Origin: the human T2T-CHM13v2.0 reference genome, Homo sapiens
Length of the DNA: 64,000 nucleotides
Direction: 5' to 3' (one strand)
Assembly (NCBI RefSeq): GCF_009914755.1
Contig: NC_060926.1
Of this stretch, positions 13,568-28,700 are shown piece by piece. Made by a program: the position numbers and the translations under genes. Position 1 is the stretch's first letter; each line of letters opens with the position of its first letter. The notes beneath the pieces are model-generated. The model had not been told where the DNA came from. It searched no databases and worked only from the letters and a program-made list of their open reading frames with translations.

Positions 13568-16500
13568 CTGCTGTATTCATGATAGTAATATTTTTTCTTT
13601 TGTATAATACCTTTCTTCAAAGATACAACTAAGTATATAACAAAAATTCAACTCAGATATATTTCGTTACCCATCTTTCTTTATGCAAGCATGTACTTTC
13701 TTCCTATGATTTACTAGGCATAGGCATAGGCATAATGACATTTCAGAATTATGCTCGTTACCATGATGGCAACAAGGCTGGATGATGTAGCATTTAATCA
13801 GGCATAGTTCTGGCCTTTTAAACAGCTCACAGTCTGATAATATAATTTAATAAAACTATGTGTAATTCAAAATAAACTAGCCAGAGTAGGGTGGAGGGGA
13901 GTGGTGAAGTAGGATCAAATAGAGTTTTTGAAGGAGCTAGTCTTTTGGATGGGCCTTGAATTACTTGGGGGCAATACATGTAAATATGTAGATATAGGAA
14001 GGAGCATGGAGATTTTGGGGAGTAGGTAAGTGGCTGGATACACAGGGCATTTATTCTTTAGGTCTCTATTGAATTTTAGTGAGCATTCTCAATGAATGAG
14101 ATCCATGAATTGAGACTCAATCAGAATTTTGAAATAGAAGGAATCAGTGAAAATGCCAAATCTCTAGTAGTCATTCTGAGTTACTTTACCAATCACCAGT
14201 GCTTGACTTAGACCAAAGGACACAGGTTAGCCTATGTCCCAGATAAGGAGGTTTTGCTAACCTTACGCAAGTTTATTAGATACGATTTAAGTGGGTAGAC
14301 CTGGAGATCCACAGTACACATTTTAAACCATTTCACTGATATTCAGAAGGTGATTTAGACAGGTTTGAAAGAGTTATCAAAAGAAATCAGATCAATCCTG
14401 CCTATCCTAGAAGTACTTAGAAACCCGAAGAAAGGAGCTAAGATGACAGTTCTTTTCTGAAAAATGCAGAGAGAGGCTATGCATTCTTTGGTGATGTGCT
14501 CCAGAAAAATGTTAACAAAAGGATGGTTTTTACTCTTAAACCATCAACTGATTTTGGCCTGCAAAGCACCAGATGGCTTGCATTACTTGTAATGTGCTTT
14601 GGTGTGTCTCTGATGATAAATATGAAGGGTCCTTTAAGATATACAGAAATATTAAGCAACTAAACATGCTTTTTCCCCTCCCTTTGAAAATTTAAGGAGT
14701 TGAAAGAAACATAAAGGCCTTTTAAACACAGGAAAAGTTATGTATGGTTAGATCAATTTTGCTCCCACTACAATAAGCCAATGAGGACCTCTCCTTAGGG
14801 GAAAGAATAATTAAGTTTGAGCTCCAAAGGTCAGAACTCTAGCCTGGCATAAGAAAACAAAACCGAAATCACTTTTCACAATTCAGCCTCAGTTCTCGGT
14901 TTGTGCCTCAATGGTATCTCACAGTTTTGTTTGTTTTGTTTTGTTTTTCACCAAAAGTCATCATGTAGCAAGACAGGTTTTTGTTTTGTTTTGTTTTGTT
15001 TTTTTCTTGCTGTAAGCCAAGCATATTCTTATCACCAATTCTTCCCTTACTTATTCTGGGTGCAAAGCCTTTCATAGCCACTCTAGTTAATATTGATGTC
15101 TACTCCCTCTGACCTCCTAATTCCAAGTCTCCCCCATTACCCAACCACCCTACTTATGAGCTGAAACCCAATGCACAGAGCTTCTGGGGTGGGTGGTCTT
15201 TAAGTACAATCTAATCTCATAACCAGTGATATATGTGCCCTGTAAATACCTTATTTAATTGATGCTGTCTTCCCTTAACACGAAGCAGAGAGCCTGGTAA
15301 AAAGTGAGAGCCCTGCAATATTTTCTGTTTGGTCACTGTGGCCAATGGGCTACACTTAGAAACCACCGCTTTGTTCAACTGAACCAGATAGCATATGACA
15401 AAGAGTTTTCCAGCATACTCTCCTAACTTGACCTGCCTCATAATTGTATTGTTGATACAAAAAATTTAAAGAATCTCTTTATTTATTGACTGAACAAGTA
15501 TTTTATCCCAGGCTCTGTCCTAAGCTTTGGGGATAAACTAATAGGAAAATACAAGTGATAGGCATAACCAAAGATTCACACAGTAACTATAAAAAAGTGA
15601 TATAAAAGAAAAGAAAATGATTCATATTACTCTTAACCTTTGTCTTCAGATTCCTGGGCCCGAGAACACTCTACTTTTAGAAGAGCAGCAAAAGGTTGAC
15701 TTAGAAAAAAAATAGGTAAAGCACAGACAAATTATTTTAGGTGAATTCTGTGGTCTGTGAAATTGGTGGTAAACAGAAAAATGGGTCTTCCCTTCAGGAG
15801 CAAAGACCACATAGACTAGAGCGGAGAAAATTTATCTGAGCAACTGAAAGTACTCCTCAAAATGAGGATGGTCCTCAAAGGCAGAGTGTAATCCATCTAC
15901 TGCTGAAGTAGATCAATATGTGTGGCAAAGTAAAATAAGATGTAAGTCTTTGTCTTATCCTTTCTTCTCTGAAGTTTCCATTTTCCAGGGAGCCTCGGGA
16001 GCTACAATCATTTAGTAGAACAATCTCAGAATTCAGGGCCACACTGAACTGGGATTTGCCCCAGCTGCAAATCCCAGTTCTACCTAGTAGTTGCGGAGCT
16101 TGGGAAGGTTATTTATTATCACTGAGGCTCATTTTTCTCATTTATTTTTAAATAGCAGATACTAATATTTAACTTGCAGAATGATTGCTCTCTGTTTCTT
16201 CCAAACAACCAGAATACTAGAACTTATGTCTATAATGGAATTCCAGGAACCAGATGTCCGCTAGAAAGAGGGAGGGGCTAATTCATTTTTGCAGGTTGCA
16301 GAGTGAAGACAAGGCATGAGGGTGTAACCAGGTAACCAGAGGAAGTACCGTGCCCTAGGAGGCAATCAGAGCACAAGCACTAAATACAAAGTCAGAAATC
16401 AAGGAAAGGTAAACCAGAGATTATGGGTTGGGGACAAGGGACCTGGAAACCTTGCAGATGCAACAGAGAGAAAGTTCTGTACCTTCTGTTTCAAGCAATC

Positions 16501-17559
16501 ATGAACATTGATGGTTGAGAAGGTAAGGTACCAAGGACAGTACATGATATGACACTCAAAACTACTTCCTTACCTACAGAGTTGCTGGCGCAGCCACTAA
16601 CATTATAGACATTGTAAACAACTTTAGAATTTAAAATACTTTTACACACACAATCTCTTGTGAAGTGTGGCCTTGGGTGGTGGCCCAGATATCATTAAGG
16701 TTCAGTTTCCCTCCATCTATAGTGTGGAGTATAAAGTTCAGAAATTTGACTTGATTTTCCCAAGCCTCCACAATTAATATGATTAAAAAAACCTCATAGT
16801 TGAACAGAGTATCTTGTGTAAGTAGACTATTCTTAACACAATCAATTGTTTTGCAAAGCTGAATAGCAGAATATCAGAAGGAGCTATAAATAAAATAAAG
16901 ATTTTTGAGCCATTCCAAAATTGCTGAAATCTGTGAGGTCAGAAATAGGAACCTATATTTAAATGATCACCTCCAGTAATTTTGAGACAGCAGCCTTGGA
17001 GTGGAGGAGAGTCATCTGGGCACAACTGTTTTACTCCACACATGTATCTGCATAGTGAGACCATGTTATAGAGACTAATTACCCACCCAGTTAGAGCTAA
17101 GCTGGGGCTATAAAAGCTTTGAGTTTCCTCTTTAAAAGGCTATAAAAGTGACCTTGTTTTCACTCCTGTTTTCCCTGACATCTTTTTTTTTATAGTTATT
17201 ATTCAATATTTATTTTTAAGAATTTAAAAATATATTTTAAAAAGAATTAGCAAATACTATGCAATCAATCTAGCCAATGATTTGATATAGAACCTGGGAA
17301 CCTGATAAATAAGTACAATCTGATATTTTATTTCATTTATGTTTTTTTTTTTTACCAGTATAAAGATACTTTATTCCCAATGATATTTGAATTTCTCAAT
17401 TAAAACATCATATAAATAGCAAAAATCTTCTCAATTCTATTTCTAGCATAAAAGGCTAAGTGGCAAAATAGTTTCATAAAAGATTTTTCATTAAATATAC
17501 AAGTAACTCAAAGAATTTAGGTAGTACAATTTCTTACTAACTACGACAACAGATAGTGA

Positions 17560-17760
17560 AACTTCTCACTTGAATTCTGGAGATTAACTGTGTGACCCAG
17601 GATGAGGGACTTATGTTCTCTGAGCTTCTGTTTTCTCACCTGTTAAATGGAAAACATTGTATTTGCCTCCCAGTATCCTAAGTAGGATTAAAAGGGATTG
17701 TATTATAAATGTGCCTGTGACTAAACTGGGAACATAACAGGTATTTGACAAAATTTAGCT
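17560..17760 (+). mobile_element. MIR
   Basis: 'aactgtgtgacccagg...ctctgagcttctgttttctcacctgttaaatgg'. Confidence 0.65.
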
Positions 17761-19499
17761 GTGTTTGATCTACCTTTTAAAAATACTTGCAATAAAATCA
17801 TTCCTTAGTGACTCTTTCAGTTACTGTATTTGTCTCATCCATAAATGAAGGTGGTGTTCAGAAAAAACAAATCTCTACAATCTATTACAAGGCTAATGTT
17901 CTGTATATTTATTATTCTGGAAAAATTTTCTTGTGATCTCTAACCAGAATTACTTTCGAGAAGCTGTATTTTGTCACTGAAAAGTCAATGAGAATTCCTA
18001 GATAATCAATAACATTATCTTAAGAACTTATTAGATATAGTCCATCGGATTTGCTTGCATTCAGTGAATTCCAATGTTAATAGGAAAACATTAAACCAAA
18101 CTATGGTAAAAGTCATTCTTTGATATAAAAGGAACTTCAATGTCTTGTATGGCCTTTTGTTTATTTTTAGAGGGCAGGAATTACTGTGCTATTGTCATAT
18201 TGACACACCAGTTAATGAAAATCTTCAGAAAAAATATGGGAACTAGAGTTATGTATTTATCTATTCAATGTTAGGTGGATTCTGGATTTGTTATCATAAC
18301 AGTTTACTTTTACCCCAGTACCTATCACAGTGTCTGATACAAAGTAGACAGTTAACAAAAACTTATCAATGGAATTAATACGTGCATTTTATTAAATTCC
18401 ATTAATCAGTGTGATGGAACAGAACAAACATGAACTTGAAGTACTCCCACTTTAATTCTTTCATTCTTTCTTTCATTTTCTTTCTTAAATTTTTTTTTCA
18501 TATTTCTCTCCCATTTCTTTCACCTCCTTTCCCCAGGGCCACCAGCTGTCCAATACTGGTCTGGTCTCTGCCATGATAGTGGGAATCACCAAAAGTGACC
18601 TCCAAAGGCCATGGAATGCCAACAAGCAGAAGAGGACCAGGAAAGTAACAGGGCCTCAGAATCATATTTTCATCATTATCAATAGAACATGACAGATTCT
18701 GAGCCAGTCTCTGATTTGAGCATTCAGTAAAAGGAAATTCTGCATGAAGAGTTATCTGCATAAAAACACTCCTATAGGGAGTTAAATCAGCAAGCAAACA
18801 TGGTTGATAAATATTCCCATCCCATTGTTTTTACAAGAATGTAAACCACACCTAAAAGCACATTCCTTATTTTGTAGGGAAATATATGACGATGCACACT
18901 TCATCCCACTGTGCCAAGACTTATGCTTAAATTTAATTTCAGCCTTCTTGTTTTCTCCCTGTGCTACAGTATGATTTCACAGTACATCTTCCCATCTGTT
19001 GAAACAGAGAAATGCTTGCATTTTGGGCTGAGATGACTAATATTCATGAGGAATGAATCCAAATCCAAACTAAATGCACATTTTTGCATTTGTCCAAACC
19101 TAGCCATGAATTATCTCAGGCTATCAATAGAAGAAGAAGAAAGCTGCTATCTGTAAATCCCTATTTGTTTTCTCAAATTGCAACCTTGGCAATGGGTGTG
19201 ACAGAAATATGTTCAGTATTCCTGGTAGCCTAACCTGCCAAGAGAGATAAAGCCACTTTGAAGTCCAGGGACGAGAAACTACACAGATTTTTACCCCAAA
19301 CGGGCCTCAAGCCCTTCTCAGAGAGAAGTGGGCTAAAACAGCCTGCCTGTTTCACAGGCTTCAGAATCAAGGAGATGGATCCTGCTGCCTCCAGGAGGTA
19401 GCAGATTTGAACTTAGTAAAGGAAATGCACTTAAAACCACTCTGGCCAATAATGATGATGGTGATAATATCAATAAAACAATAACAGTAAAAGTTAATG

Positions 19500-19720
19500 T
19501 AGGAATAGTAGCTATTATTAATGCTTACATTCATTAGGTGATTGCTGGATTCCAGCACTGTGCTGAATCCTGAGGCATGATTCCATTTCCTGACAACATC
19601 CCTGGGATGAATACCGCAAAGCTCAGGTGGTTGAATGATGAGGCTCACACAGCAAGGAGCAGGGCTGAGGTTCTGACCTCAACTCTGCTTCCCTCTGAAG
19701 CCTCTGCCATTTACCTTTCT
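19500..19720 (-). mobile_element. MIR
   Basis: 'aggctcacacagcaaggagcagggctgagg' and upstream 'ccagcactgtgctgaatcc' resemble antisense MIR. Confidence 0.55.
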
Positions 19721-20264
19721 ATATTACCCATGGTGCCCCTCTGTTTGCATTGCTACCTTTCTGCGATGAAACCCACCTTGGACCTCCTTTGGGAACAGCT
19801 CCTCCTAATACACTGTCCACAGCAGCTGCCCTCACCAACAAACAGCCCACACATACAAATAATGTCTTCTGGAGGCCAGGTAGAAAGAATGCCTTGAAAG
19901 AGATGTGATTCTGTTGCAAAATAAACTGGATGTGTGAAATCCTTTAGCTTCAGCAAAATGTGCTCACACTCCTTTCCTCATAGGAGTTTCTGTCATTGCA
20001 GATGGGACTTGGGGGGCAGCAGGTTTCCAGTATGAAGTCACAGGAGCTGACTCTGGCATTTCTTCTCGTCTTACAGTCTCAAAGAAATTATTTTTTTTCC
20101 CCAAAGCAAGAATTAGTTTACTCAGCCAGATTTTCTGAGCACCCACTTTGCACTAGTCCTAGGCTAGACACCGCACATATATTTCCATTAATTCTAACAA
20201 ATAGATTAATGCTTTTGTTTTCTATTATTTTGCCTGATAAGAAAAATTAGATAAGATGCATTAG

Positions 20265-20541
<277 letters not shown>

Positions 20542-20583
20542 ATGCATTAAGTAACTTGCCCAAGGTTTTAAGTCCTATTAAAG

Positions 20584-20818
20584 CAGTGCTTCACAACCAA
20601 AGGATATTATCATTCCCCTTCTCCCCAAAAAACTTGACAATGTTTGGAGACATTTATGTTGTCACATATGGAGGGGCAGGGGACAGGGTTCACTACTGGC
20701 ATCTAGTGGGTAGGGGCCAAGGATGCTGTTAAACATCCTGCAGTACACAGAGTAGCCCCCCTAAAGGAAAGAATTATCCAGTATAAAATATCAATAGCAC
20801 TGAATTTGAGATACCCTG
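20584..20818. mobile_element. MER20 (hAT-Charlie DNA transposon)
   Basis: 'cagtgcttcacaacc...caatgtttggagacattt...ctactggcatctagtgggtaggggccaaggatgctgttaaacatcctgcag...gagataccctg'. Confidence 0.85.
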
Positions 20819-21484
20819 AATTAAACTGAGTGATTTGCGACTAGATTCTGCTAACCTTTGGCTGATGACGTAGATTCTCTTAGATGGACAGATGGACTCA
20901 GCTTTGAATCAGAGCCTCTGGCTGCTCTGCCATGGCAGTGTCTGCTGCTCAATGTCCTGACACATGCAACAGCCTGGGAGCTGGGGTCCTCCCTGCTCAG
21001 CCAGTTGGGTGTTCAGAATGTCCATGACTTAGAGCCCTGATGCTGCTGCAACTCATAAATCTCCCTATATTCCCACATTTTATAAAAGGTGCATCAGGAA
21101 ACATTAATGGCCCAGGAACTTTGGGGTTCTAAATACTCAATATTCAGAGAGCCCCTTGCTGAGTGAAATTTTGGCTTGAGGAATGGCCACAAAGTTGGCT
21201 TCTTTTGACTGGTTCATGACTCAAGGAATAAGGAAAAGTGGTTACTCATTTCTTTTCTGGAATATAGGCCAATTTCTTTAGGGCAAAAGACTAAGGAATC
21301 CAGAGAAGCTTCTCTGTATGGAAAGAAAGGTGGAAAGCTGGCCTGTGTTTATGGACCATCAGGGCACCTGGCAATTTTAAATCAAGAGGTACTATTCAGT
21401 TATTTTAAATCAATAGATGTTTGCTGGAGCAAAACTTAAACTGATGGTGTAAAGACCTGGGATTTGGACCTTTGCTGAGACTTA

Positions 21485-22160
21485 ATTCATTTTCTTATTC
21501 ACTGAAAAAATTATACTATTTAAGCACTATTGCATGCATGTCAGACTCTGAATAAGATCTGGGCTATATACAAGTTACAATTTTGTGAGAGGGAAATGAG
21601 AGAGAAAGTAATATTAAAATAGGACAGAAAGATACCTAGTTATGGCAAAGAGGAATGGGAGCGAGTAGGGGAGGGGGCAAGGAAAGACATTTCAACAGAG
21701 AGAATGACATGTGGAAAGGCCTTAAGGCAGGAGACAGCACAGGAAGTTTGAGAATTGAAAGAAGTCCAATGTAATTGGAGCACAGAAAGCAAAGAGAAGA
21801 GATGTGAGAGTGAGCTGAAGAGAAGGGAGCAGTGGGGAAGGCAGGCAGGTTCTATTGAGAGTCTAGATACCCACTGAGATCAGTGTAGCACCACCCAGGG
21901 ACCCTAGATTCCATCTGAATTTCAGAAAGCAGGGAAAAACACAGAGAGACCAATTAGGACATTGCTGCAATAGGGTCAGAGAGGGGCAGATGGGCTTTTG
22001 ACTAGTTCTGTAGCAGGGAATACACAGACAGGTGGATGGATTTTATACATACTTTGGTGGAGGGAGGGCAAGGAGTCAGTGATGGATCAGCTGTGACAAG
22101 TGAGGGAGATGAGGTGAAAGGATGCTTGCCAGTCCAAGCGACTGGGTTGGTACCATTTCC
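21485..22160 (-). mobile_element. L2 fragment
   Basis: 'ttcattttcttattcac' tail and a purine-rich body 'gaaaggccttaaggcaggagacagcacaggaagtttgagaa'. Confidence 0.6.
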
Positions 22161-24766
22161 CAAGACTCTGCAATTCTCATCTTCCTCATCTGTAAAGTCG
22201 GAAGAAAATTCTTATCCTTTCTCCCTCACAGGATTATTTGAAGGACCACGTGATATAACAAATATACAAGGGTTTTCTGGACTATAACTGATGATAAATA
22301 GATAAATATCTGATCTATAAGGTGACTGTTTGTAATCATTATTACAGCATATTCATCTCCATGGCTTTGTTATCAGTCTCCATGTGCTGTGAAACACCAG
22401 TGCTAGCTCAGTGATGTCTCTTGGGTGCCTTACAGCTTCCCGATTTCACAGTTACAGGGAGTTTACAGAGCATATAAAATGGCAAGGGTGAAAAGTTGTG
22501 GCTTCTCATTTCTCTAGCATGAACTTGGCTTTTAAGTCTTGAAATCTACTGTGATTGCCATGAGAAACCCTGAACCAGCCCAGTTTCATTGCTGACATGC
22601 TTGGGGAATTGGGAGTAGACAATGGAAACTGTTTCTCTTGCATTGTTTTACCGAGTTGCCAAAGAATGGCTGCGCCTCACCGATCTCAGCCTGGTAATTA
22701 TCCAAATGGCTCTGGGTCACCAAAACCACAGGAAAGAGCCTACTGGCTTGCTGCTGCTCCAGGGCTCCAGGGCTCCAAAGATATGGCCTTTTATATCCCT
22801 TTGCAGCCTCAGAGACTGTGACCATGATTGAATGAGTCCAGCCCAAGTTATAAGGAAAATGTTTTAGGACCAATATCAGGAGACCTAGGCTCAGCCCCAG
22901 CCCTGCCACTTATCAGTTATATCACCTTAGGGAATTCACCTTGAGAAGTACCAGTTTCCTTGAGCATTATTTGAAGACAGAGTTAATTGATCCATTTAAG
23001 AGTTGTGAGAAGAAGATAAGATAACTAATACACTTTGTAAATTGTAAGATGAGAAAATTCAATAGTTGGATAAATGAGATGAGTGATATCAGCAATAGTT
23101 CCATGGAGAAGAAAGACATAGATAGATTGATCGATGATAGATATGTGTGTATACACTCATGGATATGTTTCTCACTTGGGTGAGGGGATAATATTTGTTT
23201 GGAAAGTTATATTAAACTAGAAAATCAGTGACTCATTTGTCTATCAGTATAAGTTTTAAAACTATACTCTCCATCTGTGAAAGTACAATTAACATAACCT
23301 GACAGTATCTTAGAATGCTCCAGAACTGGAGGTGACTTATCTTGGAGATTGCCAATCCTGTGCACTTTTTAGGAGGGGTCACTGAGGGCAGCCACCTTCT
23401 GGATGAAACCTGACTTGTTCCTGGTAATCCAGCCAGGCAGTGGTGGTTTGGAGCTGAAGCCCAGAGACCTCTGAGTCTTCATTCTGAACTCTTTTTACTC
23501 AACCACATGCTCTCTCAGGAGTCTTTCTATTTCCTGCCAAATGGCACAACCCTCCTTGGGAAGGAGAGTGAGGGTCAGGGGCCCAGACTGCTGGTGGTGA
23601 TGTTGGGGGCAGTAGGCTGAAGGCAGGAGGGAGTATTTCACATTTATTGCATTTACTGCTCAGGCCAGGCAACATTAGACATTCAATTCATGTAATTGGA
23701 ATTATTTTTTTTTCCTTTAAAAATAATGACCTCAGTGTTTAGGGTCATCACTTTGTGCTATTCATAGTTACTCAGTTTTATTTTGCTTCAATTGTGAAAT
23801 CAAGCAAACCAGCTCTATCACTTTTCAACAGAACAAGAAAGCCAGTGAGTATTAGAAGGAGATCTGTGGATTATTCCATTTGATAGGAGAAAGTCCTTTC
23901 TGGGATACCAGCTAGTCACCCCAATTCTGTTTTCTCTTTTATGGATGAAAACAGATGTCAGGGAAAAAAAGATGAACATAGTGGCATTCTCTGTCAAAAC
24001 ATCTTGAATAATTTTTCAAACATTTTGGGTTTGTTAAAATTCAGACTGCATAGTGCCAAGCAGTTTTGCTTAATTTCTAAACCCCTGAGTATTTAAAGGG
24101 AAATTTAATCGGTGTTTTTCTGAATCATTTCATTTAATTCATCAGTGTGCTGTTTCATAAGAGCCATTTGATGCCAAAAAGGTTCGTCTGTGCCAATTTA
24201 GGAATTTTACTCTGGAAGGCTTCAAGGTCTAAGAGCAGAAACACAGCAGGGACCTGGGTGTTCTAGACTCTCACAAATCGAGAAGTAGAAAAGGCTGCAT
24301 ATCTTATGGTTCTAACTCCCTGAATTCTCTAGATGGGAAAGGTCTTGCTCAAGTTAATTCCAACAACCAGCAAGAAAAGTGGACTCTCAATTCCTAAATC
24401 TGCCAAGACATTGCTCTCTTTGTGTTCAGAACAAATTAAAGGCCTGTGGTGGAGAAAAGTGAACTTACACATTTAGCAGCGACTTGCTTGTTAGTATGAA
24501 TGTGTTTTTTTAATAAATATAATACATAGCAACTAATATTTCTAAAATATTCTGCTGTAATTAATCAGCATTAACTGTGCAGCATTGCTGTGGAAAAGCT
24601 TTTGCTTCCTCAGAGGTAGAGCCCAAGTTTCACAGGAGAGAGCAGGATCCTAAATATGAAAATTTACTGATGCTATCTCTCCCCTCCTGCTCACCTCCCA
24701 TGAACTCAGTGGAAACCCCCACAGTCAGCTTGTTTCTGTGCCTTAAAGGCCACAGTTCAATAGTTG

Positions 24767-24767
<1 letters not shown>

Positions 24768-24800
<33 letters not shown>
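24768..24800. repeat. (CA)n microsatellite
   Basis: Directly visible. Confidence 0.97.
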
Positions 24801-24802
<2 letters not shown>

Positions 24803-24934
24803 TTGTAATGCTACCCGTGTATTATAAGGACATTTAGAACTGAATATTGGGAATAGGCTAATTCCCAATAAGAAGAATCATATCAAGCAAATAGTAGTGT
24901 GGCAACATAGATGTGCAGGCTATTGATGCAAAGA

Positions 24935-25170
24935 CTCGCTTAGTACCTATTCTTTCCCAGACTTTATGCCTAGTGGTTTACATATATTCAGTCATTTATT
25001 CTTCATTATGATTCTGTGACTCTGACAGCTTTGAGTTGATTGTACAGCGAAGATATTGGGATTTAGTGAGGTTAAGTAACTCATCCAAGGTCACCCAGCT
25101 AATAAGTGGCAGAACTGGATTTGAGCAGGAACATGTAAAAAAGTGCCTGTTATTTCCATTTGCCATCCTG
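24935..25170 (-). mobile_element. MIR
   Basis: 'gaggttaagtaactcatccaaggtcacccagctaataagtggcagaactggatttga'. Confidence 0.75.
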
Positions 25171-27435
25171 CTTGCTGCAAGAGCTTTGGTACTTGATTAT
25201 AAGTAAATAAAAGTAATGCAGTCACCTGAATAATGTTCAAACTTGATTAAAGGGAGCTTAGGTATAGTTTTCAGATGAAGAACTTGTAGGTTCCTTTAAT
25301 ATACAGATAGAATATGTCCTTCATTTTTAGGTAGAATTTCTACCATAACACAAGTTTGAATCATGAAATTCCAGAATACTAGATGATTAAGGGTCTCACA
25401 GGACATAATAAGAGGCCTGATTAGGACTGAATTCTGGTGAATTCGCTTCTCCTTGCAAACACCTGCTCATGGACTATACTCACAGCTCAATTCTCAATCC
25501 CAACAGAAGTTGCATGCTTATTTTGTTCACTTTTTCATTCCCACATTTATTCATAGATTCAGTCACTTATACTTTCATTTATCCATTCACTCACTCCTCA
25601 TTCATTAATTCACTCATTTGAAACAGTCAACAGCAACTTCCCAGTGTGAATAACACTGAACTATCCTAGGTCTTGGGAAACAACCAGTATTCGTAAAATA
25701 TGACTTTGTCTTCAAAGAGATCATTTCTTTATACATTAAGTATTAAATGCCTACAGTGTTCTAGTACTAGGTGAGGTCCTAAGGATCCAGCAATGAACAA
25801 AGGCAACTGTGGCTACCATCTTCATGAAAAGAATTCCACTGGAAAGGCAAGTCTGTTGCCCACAAATGTGTAAACAATGGCCGCAACAAAGAGACCAAGG
25901 CTTTGACATGAATGAATGTCTGTGATGGTGAGGGCCTGGAGAGGACTTCACTGAGCAGATGAAACAAAATTGGGCTTCAAAAAGCTGCAATTCTAGAATG
26001 ACACTGACATCTCAGGGAATGAGTTGCCCCACTGCCACTTCTCTGATGGTGACCACAAAGGCTGGAAAGAGCTCCTTTGTGCGGAGGAGGAAAGTGGCTG
26101 TATGTTCTCTCACAGCAGAGAGGTAAAAGCAAGGTTTTGGGGTAAAGTGCCTGAATCTCAGCAGTATCATCTGGACCTAGTCACTTCATCGCTCTGTGCC
26201 TAAGGATTCTCACCTTTCAAATGGAGCTAAAAATGATACCCACCTTGCAAGATGGCTGTAAGGATCAAATGATTTGAAAAATCCAAATATTCATCTTAAA
26301 CCGTAAAGCTTTTATTACATTTAAGTGATTATTTTTCATATTATTCTCATTATATCTCTTCTTTGGAACTTGCTTTTTCTATAGGAAATGTACTTGAAGT
26401 CCCTACAGGCCTTCCCTAACCTGTGGATGGTTATGTTGTAGAATATTATTATAATTCAGTTAGAAGTCATACGTGAGGATTTTCCAATGGAAACAGCATG
26501 CAAATGATGTCCAGGCTTCTGTGACAACCCATGAGATCCTGTAAAACTCCACGATCCTGGAACAGAAAATAGTTCCAGAATTAGAAGCAGGGCCAGTAGC
26601 TGGCCACTTTCGAGGGTGGTGCCATGGGAGGACCTGGGGTCATGAACAGGGTGAAGCAGTGGTTTCTGTGGTTGGCAGCAGCTCTGTCACAGGTGTGGGA
26701 GCTGTTCAGCCAGAACTACACCCAAGTCAGTGAGCTGTGAACTTTCTCTTGCTTTGGTTTGTGATGACAAACTTCAGGGGTAGCATCTGTTGTTCATCAG
26801 GAATTCGGGGAGATGGAAGATTTGTTCTCTTCCTGTAAGACTTGGGATCTGAAAAGCATCACCTCTCTGGACAGATTCACAAGCCTAGTTCCTAAGTAGT
26901 TTGTCAGGTGAATGCTTCCATGCTTCCTCTGCAGGTCCATAAGCACCACAAATGTAGAGACCTTGTATGTTCTGTCTTGTTGCAGCTTTGATGGCCCGCA
27001 TATGTTCTCACATATTATAGGTCCTCAGTATATATTTGGCAAATCAATAAATGTTAAATAAGTTCTCATTTAGCTGCCATCAACCTTGTAATTATAGGAG
27101 ACTTTATCAGCCGAGTTATAGAGGAAGGACATTTGCCATGTTTGGGGCACATTAGAGAAATGGGTGACTTGCAGGCCCTATTCTTTACCCAGTGGATACT
27201 TATTAATCCTAGGAATTAATTCCAGATATCTCCTCTTTCAGAAAACCTTCTACTATACCACCCACCTCCAACAGAAGCTGGGATGGATACTTTGATACTA
27301 TGCTGTGATTATTTCTGTCATTGCCCTGCATCATTTTATTTTTTGCTTATATCATAAAATGGGAAGCCCCTGAGATTTATTCCTCTTTGTAAACCCAATA
27401 TCTAATCCAATGGCTGGTACAAAGTGCTTAAATGG

Positions 27436-27885
27436 TATAGGCAGAATAATATATGCCTCTGCCTCCAAAGATGTCCATATTTTACTCTCTGGAACCTGTG
27501 AATATCTTAGGTAAAGTAGCAAATGAAATTAACTTTAAAATAACAAGAATATCCTGGGTTGGGCCCAATATAATCACAAGGGTCTTAAAAGTGGAAGAGG
27601 AGACAGCAGAGAGTGATGTGATGTGAGAAGAGCTTGTGTCTCCATTGCTGGCTCTGAAGATGGAGGAACGGGGTCATGAACCAAGGGATGCAGTCAGCCT
27701 CTGGAAGATGAAAAAGGCAGAGAAATTAACTCTCTCCTAGATCCTCCAGAGAAAAATGCAACATTACCTTTATCTTTATTTTAGTCCCAGAGACTCACCT
27801 CAGACTTCTGACCTACAACACTATAACACATGTGTATTATTCGAAGGTACTAATCTGTGGTGATTTGTTATAGTAAACTAATACA
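27436..27885 (+). mobile_element. MLT1 (MLT1D-like) MaLR solo LTR
   Basis: 'ggcagaataat...ccaaagatgtccat...gaacctgtgaatat...ttgctggctctgaagatggagg...aaactaataca'; 5-bp TSD aatgg/actgg. Confidence 0.82.
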
Positions 27886-28065
27886 ACTGGGACCTTCAAA
27901 TTTACCATTTGAGATGTTAGGTAATAATATGTAATAATTAATATTAATATGCAATAATTAATATTAGATGTTACCTACTAATAAGACCTATTAAAATATT
28001 AATAATACCTATTAATAGGTGATAATATCTAAAAATACCTAGTGGGTAATAAGATAATAATGCCT

Positions 28066-28700
28066 ACTGTAGCTTTATAACATACTTTAAAAGCAGGAAG
28101 TGTGATGCCTCCTGCTTTGTTCTGTTTCTCAAGATTGTTTTGGCTGTTCTGGGTCTTTTGTTGCTCCACATGAATTTTAGGATTTTTTTCTATATCTGTA
28201 AAAAAATGGCATTGGGATTTTTATGGAAATAATATTAAATCTGTAGATCAGTTTGGGTAGTATGGAAATTTTAACAATATCAAGTCTTCCAATCTATGAA
28301 CATAGGATGTATTTTATTTGTATCTTCTTTAATTTCTTTCATCAATGTATTTTAGTTTTTACTGTACAAATCTTTCACCTCCTTTGTTAAACTTATTGCT
28401 CAGTATTTTATTCCTTTTCAGTATTTTTATAAATAGGATTGCCTTCTTAATTTTCTTTTCAGACAGTTTGCTAGCATATAGAAACACAATCCTTTATAAT
28501 ACTAGCAACAAACTCTGTCAGCTTTTGTCCACCTAGAAATGTCTATTTCTCCTTCATTTTTGAGGATAGTTTTACTGGATGTAGAATTCTTGGTTGGCAG
28601 TTTTAGTTTTCTTTTGACACTTTAAATGTATCACCCTACTGTCTTCTAACCTCCATGGTTTCTGATGAAAAATCAGCTATTTATTTTATTGATTAATAAT
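28066..28700 (-). mobile_element. L1M fragments (ORF2 piece to ~28490, then ORF1-region piece)
   Basis: 'tgtgatgcctcctgctttgttc...aatctgtagatcagtttgggtagtatgg'; then 'tttgaggatagttttactggatgtagaattcttggttggcag'. Confidence 0.8.

Noticed and set aside
13757-13773. RFX X-box-like GTTACCATGATGGCAAC
   Set aside because: The 5-nt half-site spacer exceeds the usual 0-3 nt.
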